Positions 37,821-50,999 of a stretch of 64,000 nucleotides of DNA are shown here, in pieces. Position 1 is the stretch's first letter. Each line of letters starts with the position of its first letter. A program made the position numbers and the translations under genes. Origin of the DNA: Camelus dromedarius (taxonomy: Eukaryota); assembly GCF_036321535.1 (NCBI RefSeq), contig NC_087437.1, forward strand, positions 6,324,001 to 6,388,000, written 5' to 3'. The notes beneath the pieces were generated by a model. That model did not search any database, was not told where the DNA came from, and saw only the letters and a list, made by a program, of their open reading frames with translations.

Positions 37821-38571
37821 TTTAATACGAAAAGACATCTTATTATTTTCCTATGTAACATATTAATGAATATACTCAATTGCATTTTCTCAAATGGTAA
37901 ATAAGGTGCAGGATTACATTTCTCTGAGTCCTGAAAATCTCAATGTCATCTGTCTTTTGGAGACTCCAGTTCCCTACGACATCTGTGACACTGTCTATAA
38001 GGATACCAACGGTGCTTAGTAGTAAAGAGCACTTTGCTAAGTTGTTCTGTTGTGGGTCCTTGCTCAAAGTGTTCGCCTTCTTCTTCTAATCTAGTTTTTA
38101 GTGCTCAGTCATGTGTTTCTTCATTACCGTGCACAGGATCTGGCCGAGGGATAGGTTTTGTGTGTTCAAAGGAAATGTCCACAGAAGGGTGATAGCATAC
38201 TATTGTCTTGCCATCAGTTGTCGAAGCAAGCTCTACTTTGCAATTACAGTTATCTGGACGAGAAGAACACGTGGATTTATAACAAACACAGTATAAGGCT
38301 CTGTTCTGACCTGGAAGTACACGTTTAAAGACAGTCCTGCATGATATCGCCCATTTTACTGCTGCTAATGCCATGGTGAATCAAGATGCTTATCATGCAG
38401 TATGAAATAAGATGATCTAAAGAGAAAGTGCTTTTAACATCTGCTTCTAGGCATACCTCTTCGCATCCCTGCACAGTGGCCCACTGCGAGCCTGCCACCT
38501 TACCTCAACCCGGGTCTCAGGAGACATGGCTCCATGTGCCTTTTGGCTTGCGGGGCACTCTGGGAAAATAT
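37821..38571 (-). pseudogene. MRPL42: Processed pseudogene (retrocopy) of mitochondrial ribosomal protein L42 (mL42)
   Basis: CDS 38374->37946 is 429 nt and intronless: [11 protein letters not shown]...[95 protein letters not shown]. This matches MRPL42 end to end with one in-frame TGA (38107-38105). Both UTRs and a short A-tail are present, with a 16-bp TSD aaccaaatct(a/g)ctttt at 37805-37820 and 38572-38587. Confidence 0.97.
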
Positions 38572-40159
38572 AACCAAATCTGCTTTTATAAATGACTTTG
38601 AAAACGCACTGACTGGGCTAAACATAACATGCCTTGATGAGGATAAGAGGAACCACTTATTAAACCAGTAAAAACACAACATTTTTAAAGTACACCTTTC
38701 TGTCAAAGAGGGTTAAGGGGGTATATTAAAACAAATAATTGTAACAATGTAAAATCATCAACTTTTTAACAAAGCAGAAGCCATTGATTTCAGTATGTGT
38801 ATTCCAATAAATATATTCATATGTACTCCTCTAAAGAGTATGTTTTAAGCTGGCTAATGACACAAATTGGCTATGCCATTAAATTATCTTTACAATATAA
38901 ATAATACTAATAAATGTATTTTGGAAATATTTTCTGGCTAGAATAATTTTTATAAGATTGCTAAGAATTATATGCCAGAAACAGGAGACTTCTTCATTCA
39001 CTCTCTCTATTCCTTTAATTTCAAATTATTAGGAAAAAAAAAAAACTGTCAACTCTCTAAGGAATGTTCCAGGGGCTACGTGTGCCCAGCCATCACTAAA
39101 ATCCACCCTGCTGCTGACACACAATGCAACAAATCTAGGCATGGAAATACTCAGAGTATTGTCACATTGCCAAATATGAAATGTGAGATGCACTTAATTA
39201 CAAGTACAGATTTGTAGAAAGGAGTTACTTCTCCAGAAAACTGCCACTTTTGATGGTTTGGAGTCTAAATATTCAACCCTAAAGTTGCATTATTATGAAC
39301 ATCTGAATTTTACATTTAATGTGGAAGTCCACCTTACACAGTCTCCATGTTCATTCAGTCAGTCAGTCAGTATGAATTTATCACCAGGCTTTATTAGATG
39401 GACATTTTTCGTGAAAAGTAACAGAGCCACTGATCTCAATAAGTTCAGTCTGGTAGTGGTTATTTGCAACAGTAGGCATAAACCTCCTCTGTGTAAGTAG
39501 AAATAATGCTTTTCCATATAGACAGTGGCACTGCAGATTTTTATTTATAAAGGCTACTGTGCAGCTCTAATCTCAAATGGCTGACAAGTGATCTGCTTTA
39601 CTTACAAAATAGAACAGAAAGTTCATTCTGTGTCCCACTTTCCAGAGATTTCTTCTCTTAGCTGAAACCCATTTAAAGTGTGGTGGTTTGTATGAAAAAG
39701 GACAAACTTTGGAAACCCTGTATTACCTGTATTTCACACGTTGGAAACAAGCGACCACATTTTTGTGCATGTGTGTAAACTCATGATGGAACAGAATCCT
39801 TGATACCTCCTATTTATTCACTCTGGTGTCGCTTTCAGATGTCATCTATTGCTAATCTTCAAATTCTTCCATAGGTTGGTTCAGTGACTACAGCAGAGAT
39901 CAACTAACATCTCTATACAACTTAAGACAACTTGGGCATTTCTACAATTGCTACTAAAAGATGATTATGGGAAATGCTGCAACAAATGGTAGTCAGCAAC
40001 AGGGCACTGAGAAAATTTGTTGTAATAGATGTCTAACCTGAACTTTGTCCAAAGTAATTATTTTTAAAACCAAAGATACCTCGTTATAATAGAGGAGCAC
40101 CTTTCACAGTCTCACAGAAGCATGAGAGCACTAGACCAGACTTCCAGAAGAATGGGCTT

Positions 40160-40526
40160 TTTAAAACATTTTACTCTAAAATAATGTTATGCTTAAAGTT
40201 GCAAAAACAGTAGAGTTCCTATATACTGCTCACCGAGGCGCCTCTAATGCTAACATCATGTGTAATTACAGTACAGGTATCAAAGCCACAAAGTTAACAT
40301 GGGTTCAACACTGCCAGCTTTATCTCCTGCAAAGTCACTATTTTTCCCTTTGTGATTATTAAATGTCTTGGAGAGATACTTTTAGACTGCAAATACGCTG
40401 TTTGTCCTCAAACTTTCCCCCTATTTTTGGCATCCAGGAATGGATCCTGCCTACAACTATTACTGTGGCGTTTACCATGGTGATTTACTATTTCCCTCAT
40501 TCCTTCTCCATTTATTCATTGTAATT
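40160..40526 (-). mobile_element. Old L1M (L1MC-type) 3'UTR fragment, probably internally deleted
   Basis: 'aagttgcaaaaacagtagagttcc' and 'ttcccttt...ggagagatactttt...ttttggcatcca' are antisense L1MC 3'UTR motifs; degenerate TSD cagaagaat..tttt at 40145 and 40527. Confidence 0.75.
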
Positions 40527-42639
40527 CAGAAGAATAGTTTTTAGACTACATCAAACACCAAGGTCCCAATAAATAATCAGAAGGCTGAAGCCAAAAGACA
40601 AAAACAATCAATGTCCTGGACAACAGTATTCCATCTTGAGCTAATGACCTCAACTCACCGAATCAGATGTCTAGCAGTTCCCTTCTGAAGGATCTGTGTC
40701 TGAGTAAGTTGTTAATGACATCTGTCAGCAGCTGTAGTGTTTTGTTTCACATAATTGTAGCCTCATTTTTTATCGCAAGTAATGCATCACGATGCATATT
40801 TAAGGTTTTCCAAATAAAGAGTCTTGAGTAATCTATTTTAAAGTAGCTAATACCACAGCACATTTGAGGCTAAGGGGTAAGCGTTCCTCGGAAACCAAAA
40901 CAACAAGGACAGCAAATATTCTGCCCCTGCAAATCTAATCTCATTCCTCAACCTGAAACCTCACCGCATGAGCAGTCACACTGGTACGGATCAGAGATCT
41001 CTCAGAACAGTGAATTCCAAAGCTCTGCTTTTCAAGACACTATTTTTCCTATGACAGGATACAGACATGACACATAACCTTATTCACATACTCTTTCACA
41101 CACACACAAAAATACCTGCAAATCTCATGCTAAAAGATTTCAAGCTTATTTCTAAATGTTTCCAGAGAATGCCTTATTTATCAAAACTTTCTTCTCCTTG
41201 TTTGTTCATTAAATACTGCAGCTTTACATAGAGGTCAAAAAATGTCAACCAATTATTGTATAAGAGACGTCCTATTTTTTAATATTTAAAGCTGCCCAGA
41301 ATACTCAGAATTACTTTAATAGACAACAATACACTACTGTTTATTCTCAAGTATACCTCTACCATTATAAGGGTATCATTTTAATTTAGTTTTTCAAACT
41401 AAAACCTCAGTAAACTAGCAACAAGCACAGTGACTAACACATAGCAAATACTCAAGTATTTTTTAGTAAAGAATTAGGGACAAACAACACACATATAATA
41501 TAGAATTGACACAGGTCCGTAATTCCTTTTGGACTATTTCCACCGCAGGCTGAAAGTTCAAGCATATCTCTTCTTCCGCACATTCAAAAACCTATACATT
41601 TTAGTTATTTCTTAAGAAAGACATTAAAATGACTTAGATTATAATCTAAATGACATGGAAATACGTCCTTGAAGTTTATCACCCCCAAACTACAATATAT
41701 TTGTAAAGGACAACAAATCACATTTTAAAGTGATTTATTTTCACACTGGATATTTGGGTGATAAAAATAGATGAGAAAACAGGAAATACCACTCATATTT
41801 CTGATTTTACAAATTACTGTCATGATGAGTCCTAGAAACTCTTACAGGATTATGGCTGTAGGATTTATGATGACTTCACCTTTGGTTACAGACCTTAATT
41901 TATTAAATAACAAGCACAACAACACTTGGTCTAACACATGGTCATGAAGGAGATTTTATTTAAGAGTCTTAACTGTTACTTGGAGCAGTGGACAAGCCAC
42001 GGTGGTCACCTTCTGGCAGCTGCAGAGAAGAGTGTACAACGTACCTAATTTCTATCTCCAAATTTCTATTTGAAAATAAATATTTATTTAATATAGAATA
42101 TTGCTAGTTTGTGCTCTAAAACATGGCTTCTCATTAGTGGACATGTATTTTAGACTTGAGTGGAAAGGAGGAGGTTGGTGTGCACTGGTCAGTCTATGAT
42201 TAGGAAAGAAAACTGCTGTAAATCCTTCCTATTTTCTCAGATCCCAAATGACCAGAGGATATTTCTAACCAGCAGGGGGAGATGAGGAGGAGAGTAGTAA
42301 GACAAAGAACAGGCTATAGGCAAGAAAAGCAGTTATAATTATAGCTGGGAACACAGAATTTGTTCAAGGAAGTCTACTGTATAATTATATTTGAAAATTT
42401 AGCAAGATGCCCAGAGGCTGACTCGCAGCTGTCAGGAACTGGTAACTCTACTTCTGTTCAAGCAGCGACCACTCCAGCTACTAAATCCACTATCTAGACG
42501 TTACTAGAACTGACATTTAGAGTAAAGGGTTAGATCCTCTCAAGAGATTTTGTTTCTATAATGGATGAAGGCATCCATTTCAGCAAAGCAACGCTCTCTT
42601 TAGCTTCCTTCTCAGCCCTGGCTCTCCTCGCTCTCTCCT

Positions 42640-43925
42640 CTCTGCCTAGAAAAACCCAGACATTCTCTTGGCAAAGCCCTTACCTAGATGCACATCTCTT
42701 CCCTGAATTCTGACTAGATCACGGAGCCACGTGGCTATCACCTCAATTCCCGACTCAGCAGGCTCACAACATAACTCACTTCCCTCCCCCTCTTGCCTGG
42801 ACTGTCCTTCCTTCCCCTACCCTTCCCACGGGCCAGCAAACCCTCAGTGAAGTTACCTCTTTCTCCTCCTATCCTCCTACCCTATGTTAATTCAATTCAT
42901 CACATCCTGTTCATTTTTGGTAATATTCTACCATTCAGCAATGAAAGATATGTTGAAGTCCTGACCCCTGGTAGCACAGAATGTGACTTTATTTGGACAT
43001 AGCATGTTACAGAGGTAATCAGGCTAAAATGAGGACATTAGGGTTGACCTTAATCCAATATGACTTGTATCTTTATCAAACGGGGAAATCTGGACATGGA
43101 TGGAGACACATCCACAGAAGGAAGGCTATGTGAAGACACCCAGTGGAGAGATGGCCATCTGCAAGCCAAGGAAGGTCCAGGATTGCCAGCAAACACCGGA
43201 AGCTAGAATAGGTAAGGGAGGAGTCTCTCCCAGAGAGTCAGAGAGAACACGGCCCTGTCAACACCTAGACTGTGGACTTCTAGCCTCTAGAACTGAGATA
43301 ATAAATTTCTGTTTTAAGCTACCCAGTTTTTGGTACTTTCAGACTGTGGCCCTAGTAAACTAATGCAACACTCCAAACACCTTCTGGACTCAAATATCCA
43401 TAACCATGTACCTCCAAACCTGCGCCTTATCTCTGAATAGCATCCCACACACCTAGCCAGTCATGGCAGATTCTTCTGCCTCATTCTTGCTCCACATCTA
43501 ATCAGTTACTAGGCCTGCTTCCTAAATATGGTATATCTCTTGAATTTGTCCATTTTTATCATCTTGATATGACTAGTCTAGTTCAGGAGCCACTGTGATG
43601 CCCCAGGACTACTGTCCACTAAATGGTCACCAAGCCTATGGTCTTGCTCCTCACTAATTCATTCATGTTTAGCAATCAGACTTTCTAAACTGCTAGTCTG
43701 ATCACATGGGTAGTCTATCAGTGTGAATTGCACTGTCAACGCATCCATGATACCCCAGGACAAAGTCTAAGTCTACCGTCTGTAGCCTAGATGACAATAC
43801 TACACGTAACAGCCCGAGAACAAAGAGGAAGAAAGAGCTATCACTTCCTCACCCACCTCAAATGCACAGGGAGGTACTTTCAGTTCCTTAAACAACCACT
43901 GCTTTTCACATCTGCCTAGGATGCT
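42640..43925 (+). mobile_element. LINE-2, split by an MLT1 LTR
   Basis: L2 motifs 'ctcttccctgaattctgact', 'ccacatctaatcagttact', 'ccccaggacaaagtctaa', 'tctgcctaggatgctc'. Confidence 0.65.
42942..43367 (+). mobile_element. MaLR LTR (MLT1C-like), 5' end clipped
   Basis: 'aaagatatgttgaagtcctgacccc...gaatgtgactttatttgga...ttgccagcaaacaccggaagctag...gccctagtaaactaatgca'. Confidence 0.9.
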
Positions 43926-43934
43926 CCTCCCCTT

Positions 43935-44670
43935 ATTTAATCATTCATTCATTCACTCAAGAGATAAACAACACAGTGTGTGCAAAGCATAGTTCCACAA
44001 GCTAGATATTCCTGAGAAAATCAAACAGAGCTCCTGCCCTCATGAAAGTGACATTCTTAAGAGGGTGATCATAAACAAAACAAAACACAAAAATAAATAC
44101 ACACTACCTCAGATAATACTGGCTTCAGAAGAAAGTAAAGCAGGGTACAGGGAACGCGAGAGGGTGGGTGTGGAGAAAGGAACGAGGTCATGATTTTATA
44201 CAAGGTGGTCTTCAAAGAGGTCTTCTCTGACCAGGTGGTATCTGAGAAGAGACCTGAAGAAAGTGAAGAAAAGAGCCTGTGTTACCCAAGGGAAGAGCCT
44301 TCCAGACACAGGGAAGAGCAGGGGCAGCGACCCTGCAGGGGCGGACACTCATCTGCCGGAAGAACCCACCCTGGCCGCTGTGACTGCAGTCAGGGAAAGG
44401 ATGAGAGAGGGTTGCAGGGGAGTCGAGTGATACGGCCTTAAAGCTAGCTGTAAGATTTTAGAGATTAATGAACAAGAAAGTGGAATTTTTGAGTAGCCTG
44501 ACCTGACCTTCATCACCGAGGTATCACTTTGCTGCCATGCAGAGAACACACTTGTTGGTGACAGAGGCTGGTATACAAAGAAGTCAGCTACAGACTCTGC
44601 TGAGTCCAGTGAGAGAGAGCGGTGCTGGGAGCAGGGTAAGCAGCAGAAATGCTGGATTCTGATCATTATG
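43935..44670 (-). mobile_element. LINE-2 3' end
   Basis: (CATT)n tail at about 43942, 'cctgccctcatgaaagtgacattct', 'tgagaagagacctgaagaaagtga'. Confidence 0.85.
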
Positions 44671-45434
44671 ATGGATACACGCATACAGATATGCATATGA
44701 TTAAATAAGACATTTTTAAGTTATCAGCATAATAAATTTTAACAGTAATATAATAAAGCAATAATTTCAGATGGCTAAAAGTGATTTTAACTTCTTTCCT
44801 ACTCATAAGGAAAAATTCACAAGTGACAGAGGAGGGGAGACGGGGAGAGAGAACACTCCAGACAAGCCAAATGGATCTCCTTAAAGAAGAGAAAACAATG
44901 TGTTACACTTTTGAATTTAGTGTCAGGCCTCCAAAGCAGGGCTCACACACAGTGGCTCTGTATTTACAAAAGTACTCCCCTCTTTACCCCCGGTTTAAAG
45001 CTGCTAAAGGAATTTCACTCCCTTTTTTTCAGTGGGATCATCTTTAATGTATGTACCCATTGATGTGATTCTGAAGTCTTAGCTGATGGCTTAACGTGCA
45101 AAGTGGTGAATGCATGTGTTATAACAGTTACTTAAGGTACAGCATCTCTGACTACCATATTCCTTTTAAACTTCATGATACAAAACAATCCCACCTTCTG
45201 ACTAAAGAAACAAACATTCAGATTTTATACTGTGTTCACATATAGAAATTTCATTTTATTATCATACTCCTGATACTATCATCAATTCAGTCACTATCTA
45301 CCAGTGAAAAACAGGGTAGGTTTACCATTACTATTCTTGGGATCACTGCATGTAATTTTTCTTGTTAATAAAAATATTCTTTTATCTTCCCTTTTTCAAG
45401 AATTGGATGAAGTTCTTAATTATTATGACTAAAA

Positions 45435-45527
45435 GTAAAAGAATATATATATGCAAAACTGGGACATTATGCTGTACACCAGAAACTGACACATTGTCAC
45501 TGACTATACTTCAATAAAAAAAAAAAG
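45435..45527 (+). mobile_element. Short young L1 3' terminus
   Basis: 'attatgctgtacaccagaaactgacacattgtcactgactatacttcaataaaaa'; same family as 35010-35549. Confidence 0.88.
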
Positions 45528-45565
45528 GAAGTTATCAGATTCATCTGAATTAAAAGAATTTAAAA

Positions 45566-46002
45566 AATTTTTCTTTTTCTGAGATATCATTGACATATAA
45601 CATTATGTTACTTTCAGGTGTACCATACAATGATTCAATATTAGTATTTTTTTTTAATTTTTATTTTTTATTGAGGTATAGTTGATGAACAATATGAATA
45701 ACCTTCAGGTGTACAACACAGTAATTCACAATGTTTAAAGGCTATATTCCCTTTTTAGCTATTGTAAAATATTGGCTATATTCCCTGTGTTGTACAGTAT
45801 ATCCTTGTAGCTTATTTATTTTATACATAGTGATATTAGTATATACTGCAAAATGATCACAATAAGTCTATTAATGTCATTAATACACATGGTTACAGTT
45901 CGTCTTCTTGTGCTGAGAACTTCCTGGCTCTACTCTCAAATATAGCAACTTTCAAACAGACAATACAGTATTACTAACTATGTATAGTCACCATGGTGTA
46001 CC
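45566..46002 (-). mobile_element. L1MA-type 3' end containing a nested second L1 3' end (45648-45832)
   Basis: Two antisense L1 tails. The inner one is flanked by the 10-bp TSD atattagtat (45638-45647 and 45833-45842). Confidence 0.88.
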
Positions 46003-47389
46003 TAAAGAATTCTTAAATATCATTTAAATCTCTTTACATCTCTAAAATTCATAAACATTTTTATTTAAAAATTGAACACTCAAAAAAGTAACACATTCCC
46101 CATTCTAAAAAAAAATATGAGTTTCCAAAAATGAGAATGCTTATAAGTATCAATGGCTTTGTTATCAGCAAGTATCCCAGATTACAGACACTCTAAGTCC
46201 TAAATATGCAGCCCAGCATTTAAATGTCATCATCCCAGCTGCCCAAAGCTCTGCAATAACTCGAGACAGTTTCACAACCAAGTGGCACTGCAAATCACTA
46301 GACAATTAACTACTACACGACCAAGACACGAGGGAGAGGAGAGAAAAAACCTGAACTTCAAAGAACAGGAGTATTAAGTTTAAGTCTGCTCCCCTATTCC
46401 ACACACTAGGAGTGACACTGGTGTAGGGGATACATGCTACCTCATCAGAAGTATCTCTCTACCATAAGTTACATCACCCGAACTGTAAGTCTAGGCCCTC
46501 ACAGTACTGTCCGACTTCTAAGAATTGCTAACAGAAACAAACTTTCTGTAGCTTCAAGTTGTTCACAAATTCTTCATCCATTAATTCACTCTACTCCATA
46601 AAAATTCCAAATTTTTCTTCCCACTACAATGAAGACCATTTGGCTACAAGACCTGTGTCAACACCAGATGTCTACCGTGAGATCAACAGTAGACCATGAG
46701 TCTTACTCTAGAACTTTAAGCCTAAGATGGCTGAAAATGCAAAAGTTGAAACTCTCACCCAAAACTAGAAGTTTCAAGACTCCTTTGACTCTACCTGAAA
46801 AGCCTCAGGTCTGCCGGAGCTTCCCACCACATGGGGAAAGGGAGATTTCCTGGGCCAACAGAGTTTCGGCATAAAGAAGCTGGTCGTTTTGGAACAAGAT
46901 GACCTAAAGACCAAAGACTTTATTTTAAGTCACTGAAGGGCCAACTCATAGTCCTATGGTGGAAATCCATTCAGGAACCACACATTAGTTCCTCAGTCAC
47001 TCAAGATTAAGGAAAACTAGACTAAAGAACAGCCTTTATAGATCTGATCTATTCTTAGGTCGAGGAGTTTTTTTTTCTCATTTACCATCTTACCAAATTT
47101 CTAGCAGAATTATCATTCCTTCTTTATCTGCTAAATGGAAAAGTATAAAGCAATTTTAAAAATCAAGACTACATTATTTATCTATCTTGTAAAAATAAAT
47201 CATTACAAAGGAAGGTTCAAAACTATATAAGAAATCTGAAACAAAAAAAATATTTAAAAGTTTCCTCACACTGTTCTTTGGGGTTGCCTTACAGTAGTAC
47301 ATTTCTGGTATGTTGGAAGATAAACTCCAAAATAAGGACAAAGCAATACACCACCAACTGATAACAAGTAAAATACAACAAACTCATGG

Positions 47390-48140
47390 ACTCAAGCACT
47401 ATCTTGTTATCATTATAAATGGGAAAAACAGGTAAAGTCGTCAACAATCAAATCCAGAAAAAAACAGCTCAGTCAGAATGACAAATACTTCCAGGTTTGA
47501 AAACATAACCACTCTGACATGTAAAATCTACAAAGAATATTTTTGCTCTCAATTTTGTGGTATCCTACTATTCTACAAGAAAGTTAAGATCAATCAAATG
47601 AAAACCAGAAAAATTAAAGAATACCTGAACCAGAAAAGTTTGTTAGAATTATCATACAATCCAACAGTTCAACAAATACATGTGCATGCATGTTAATTCA
47701 AGGCAGCACTCATCACAATAGCCAAAAGGAGACAGCCCAAACGTCTATCAACAAATGAATGGGTAACAAATTGTGGTATATACAAACAATGAAATGCTAT
47801 TCAGCCACAAAAAGAAATGAAGCACTTGATAAATACTAAAATATGGATGAGCCTTGAAAACATTACACTAAGTGAAAGAAGCCAGAAACAAAAGAACACT
47901 TATTGTATGATTCCATTCATCTAAAATACCCAGAATTAGTATACCACAGAAACAGACTGGGGTGTGGCGGGCTGAAGGAAGGGGGAAATTGGGAGCTACT
48001 GATTAATGGGCACAGGTTTCTTCTTGGGGTGATGAAAATGGTTCGGAACTAGATAGAGGTGTTGGGTTGCACAACAACCAAATGCCACTGAACTGTCCAC
48101 TTTAAAATGGTTAATTGCATGTTATGTGAATCTCACCTAA
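47390..48140 (+). mobile_element. L1MB-type 3' end
   Basis: 'gccttgaaaacattacactaagtgaaagaagccaga...ttggggtgatgaaaatg...ccactgaactgtccactttaaaatggttaa'. Confidence 0.88.
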
Positions 48141-48149
48141 GATAAATAA

Positions 48150-48640
48150 ATCATAAAGCTGCCACCTTACCAGTAATAAGACATCACATACTACTGACAC
48201 GATACACCGAGGATATCACCTCTGTAGTGTCCTTCCCAAGAATGTTTAACATCAATCCCATGGTAAGAAAGCACCAGACAAGCCCAAACTGAGAGAGATT
48301 CTACAGCACAGCTGACTGGTACCCTTTCCCAGTCTCAAGGTCACGAAGACAAAGAAAGACTGAAGAAATACCACACCCTGGGGGAGGCTAAAGAGATAGG
48401 ATAATAAGTGCAACATGGGTTCTGAGGCTGGATCCTGAAACAGAAAAAGGGATTAGGAGTGAAACTGATGAAACCTGAATAAAATCAGTAATTCAGTTAA
48501 TAGTACTACACCAAAGTTAATTTCTTAGTTTTGGAAATTATACTATGGGGTTTTAAAGGCGTTATTAGAAGATGGGTGAAAAGTACTATTTTTGTAATTC
48601 TTCCAAAAGTATAAAATATTTCAAATAAAAAAATAAAAGG
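48150..48640 (+). mobile_element. Old L1M (L1MC/ME) 3'UTR
   Basis: 'cagacaagcccaaactgagagagattctaca', 'ggatcctgaaacagaaaaagg', 'gttaatttcttagtttt'. Confidence 0.8.
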
Positions 48641-49097
48641 AAGGAAGAAAGAAGGGAGGGAAGAAGCCTAGCAACTGAGTTTAACTTCTTCCATGAACAT
48701 ACACATTAGGAGAATGATAAAATAAATTAAGTGAATAAGAAGTTGAGGGGTTTTTCTAATGGCAAGACTCAATTCATAAAATATACATTCATTTTAGTGG
48801 GAGGAGGTAGATTTCTCAGTCAGGTCAGAATACTTAAATCTGAGGAATCATGTTAAATAAAATTTAAAGTAGTATTGACATTTTCAACAGCAGAATACAA
48901 AATTAAAACACTCAAAGTCTAAGGGAAAATCTAAAAACATTATTATAATTCCTATAGTTTACAACTACATTTTAAATTTAATATTAAAATGAGGAAAGCA
49001 TATTTATTTTAGCAGAATGATTAGAATAATTCTAACTTAAATCAGCTTGACAATTTAATCAGATGTAATTTTACTTTACATCTGTAACCATCTCTTT

Positions 49098-49172
49098 TTT
49101 TTTAATTGAAGTACATTCAATTACAATGTGTCAATTTCTGGTGTACAGCACAAGGTCTGAGTCATGCATATA
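49098..49172 (-). mobile_element. 75-bp young L1 3' terminus with 16-bp TSD
   Basis: T-tract plus 'aattgaagtac..caattacaatgtgtcaatttctggtgtacagca'; identical ctgtaaccatctcttt at 49082-49097 and 49173-49188. Confidence 0.93.
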
Positions 49173-49564
49173 CTGTAACCATCTCTTTAGAATCATTGTA
49201 CTACAAAAGATCAAAAAGAGATTTTGAAAAATAATTAACTTAAATTCGTTTGTTTGGACATAAAACTCTTAGTTGCCAAGCCATCATGTAGTAGGCACCT
49301 TCCTATTAAAAATAATTCTATTGAAAATGTATACACTGAGCAAAAGGATCAATTTTTTAAATGAAACCCACCAACACAAATTCTGTAAACATTTCCAATT
49401 TTATTAATTATATTTTACCTCCTGGCATCCTAATACTGTATATTACTACATAACTACATTACTACAATACTAATACTATCAGACTATCATCTTCAGTAAA
49501 TCTGTTGATTACTAAAAAGAAAGGGACATTTAAACAAATAATCAAGATTTAAGAACTGCTCACT

Positions 49565-49707
49565 CTCAAAGCTCTCAGAAGGAGCCAACCCTGAGGACAC
49601 CTTGATTTCAGACTCCTAGCTTCTAGAAATGTGAGATAATAAATTTCTGTAACGTAAACCATCCAATTTGTGGTACTTTGTTATGGCAGTCCTCAGAAAT
49701 GAATACA
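49565..49707 (+). mobile_element. MaLR LTR 3' fragment (MLT1B/C-like)
   Basis: 'ctcagaaggagccaaccctg..gacaccttgatttcagact...tgtggtactttgttatggcag...aataca'. Confidence 0.85.
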
Positions 49708-50999
49708 GGCACCATGCAGCCAATAAAATAGTGTACTCCTATATTTACACAACAGTCCTGCCCTGGAAGAGCGTTCCGAGTCAAGGCAGCCGTTTTCTCT
49801 AACCTTACAGACCAGCACACTCTGAATATGACTGTCACAATCACTCTCTAAAAGAAGCTGCCTTGAGCCTAGCCTCTGTGGCAGGGCTGCCCAGTTCCAC
49901 ACCAGTAACAACAGACCAGATCTTGGGTGAGCGCCAGGCTCACGTTCATCAGTAAACTAGCACCTTCGCCGCCTGGCTTCAAAGGATGGGCTGCTTCAAA
50001 TTCTCCGTGCCTCTCAAGCAGTCTGAACTAGAAACCTCTGAAAAGACCTGCCTTCTGCCTGGGCTGCGGCGGCAGAGAACGCAGCAATAGGAGCTAGAGC
50101 GGTACGTAAAGAGAAACTGCTGCTGGTAGCCAGACAGGAAGGCGGCATGCAGTGAAGCTAACGGTTTGTTTTGTTACATTGCCTTAAAATCACAACCACT
50201 TCCTATAGTCTTAAAAGCAAGCCCCAACCTTAGGTTTCCATGAGAGCTCTCCTCCCCTTCCTGTCGCACACACAGCTTTTTAACCTGAGCTAATTTCAGA
50301 CACCCCTTTCAAACAGAATCCAAAGAAAAACAGAAAAAAAGACCCAAACCCAGACCCCACTCTCAAGGAGTTCATTCTATACATGTCAAATAATTCTTAA
50401 AAATACAAAAAGCGCATTTTGTGTGCTGAATATATTTTATATGCTCTCACATAGTTTTTCACCAGAGAAAGATGAACTAGGTATTTCAGTTAGTATCAAA
50501 CAGATACATACACAAAACACCCACCTACACAGAGTCATGTCCCATGGGGGGGCAGTTCACGCACCTGGACCCACAGTGCTGCTAGGTGAGGTGTGGGCTT
50601 GTCGGGGGACACAATGGCTGGCTCTCAAGAGGTGTCATGGGAAAGCGGTTATTACTCTAGGACTTAAAAGCCTCCAGAGACCTGGCCTTCAGCCCTGCCA
50701 GCTAGAAAGTGGATTCAGATAGAACATTCAAGAATGGTTCCTGACTTGGGGTAAACACATGTTAACCAAGGTCCAAAAACTGACCTAACTCTTGTCTCAT
50801 TTCTCACATAATGAGAACTAAGTAAGTGCCAAAGAACTGGGGACATTTGTGTTACGGGGCTGGAACACTTGTAATGGCATAAGAAGTACACTCTCTCCTT
50901 GCAGGTAAACTACTCAAGAAGTCAAGTCACCGAAACAAGTACACATTTTTTAGAATAAGGAGAGATGGGAGATCCAAGTACTAAAGGCGTAACAGCTCC

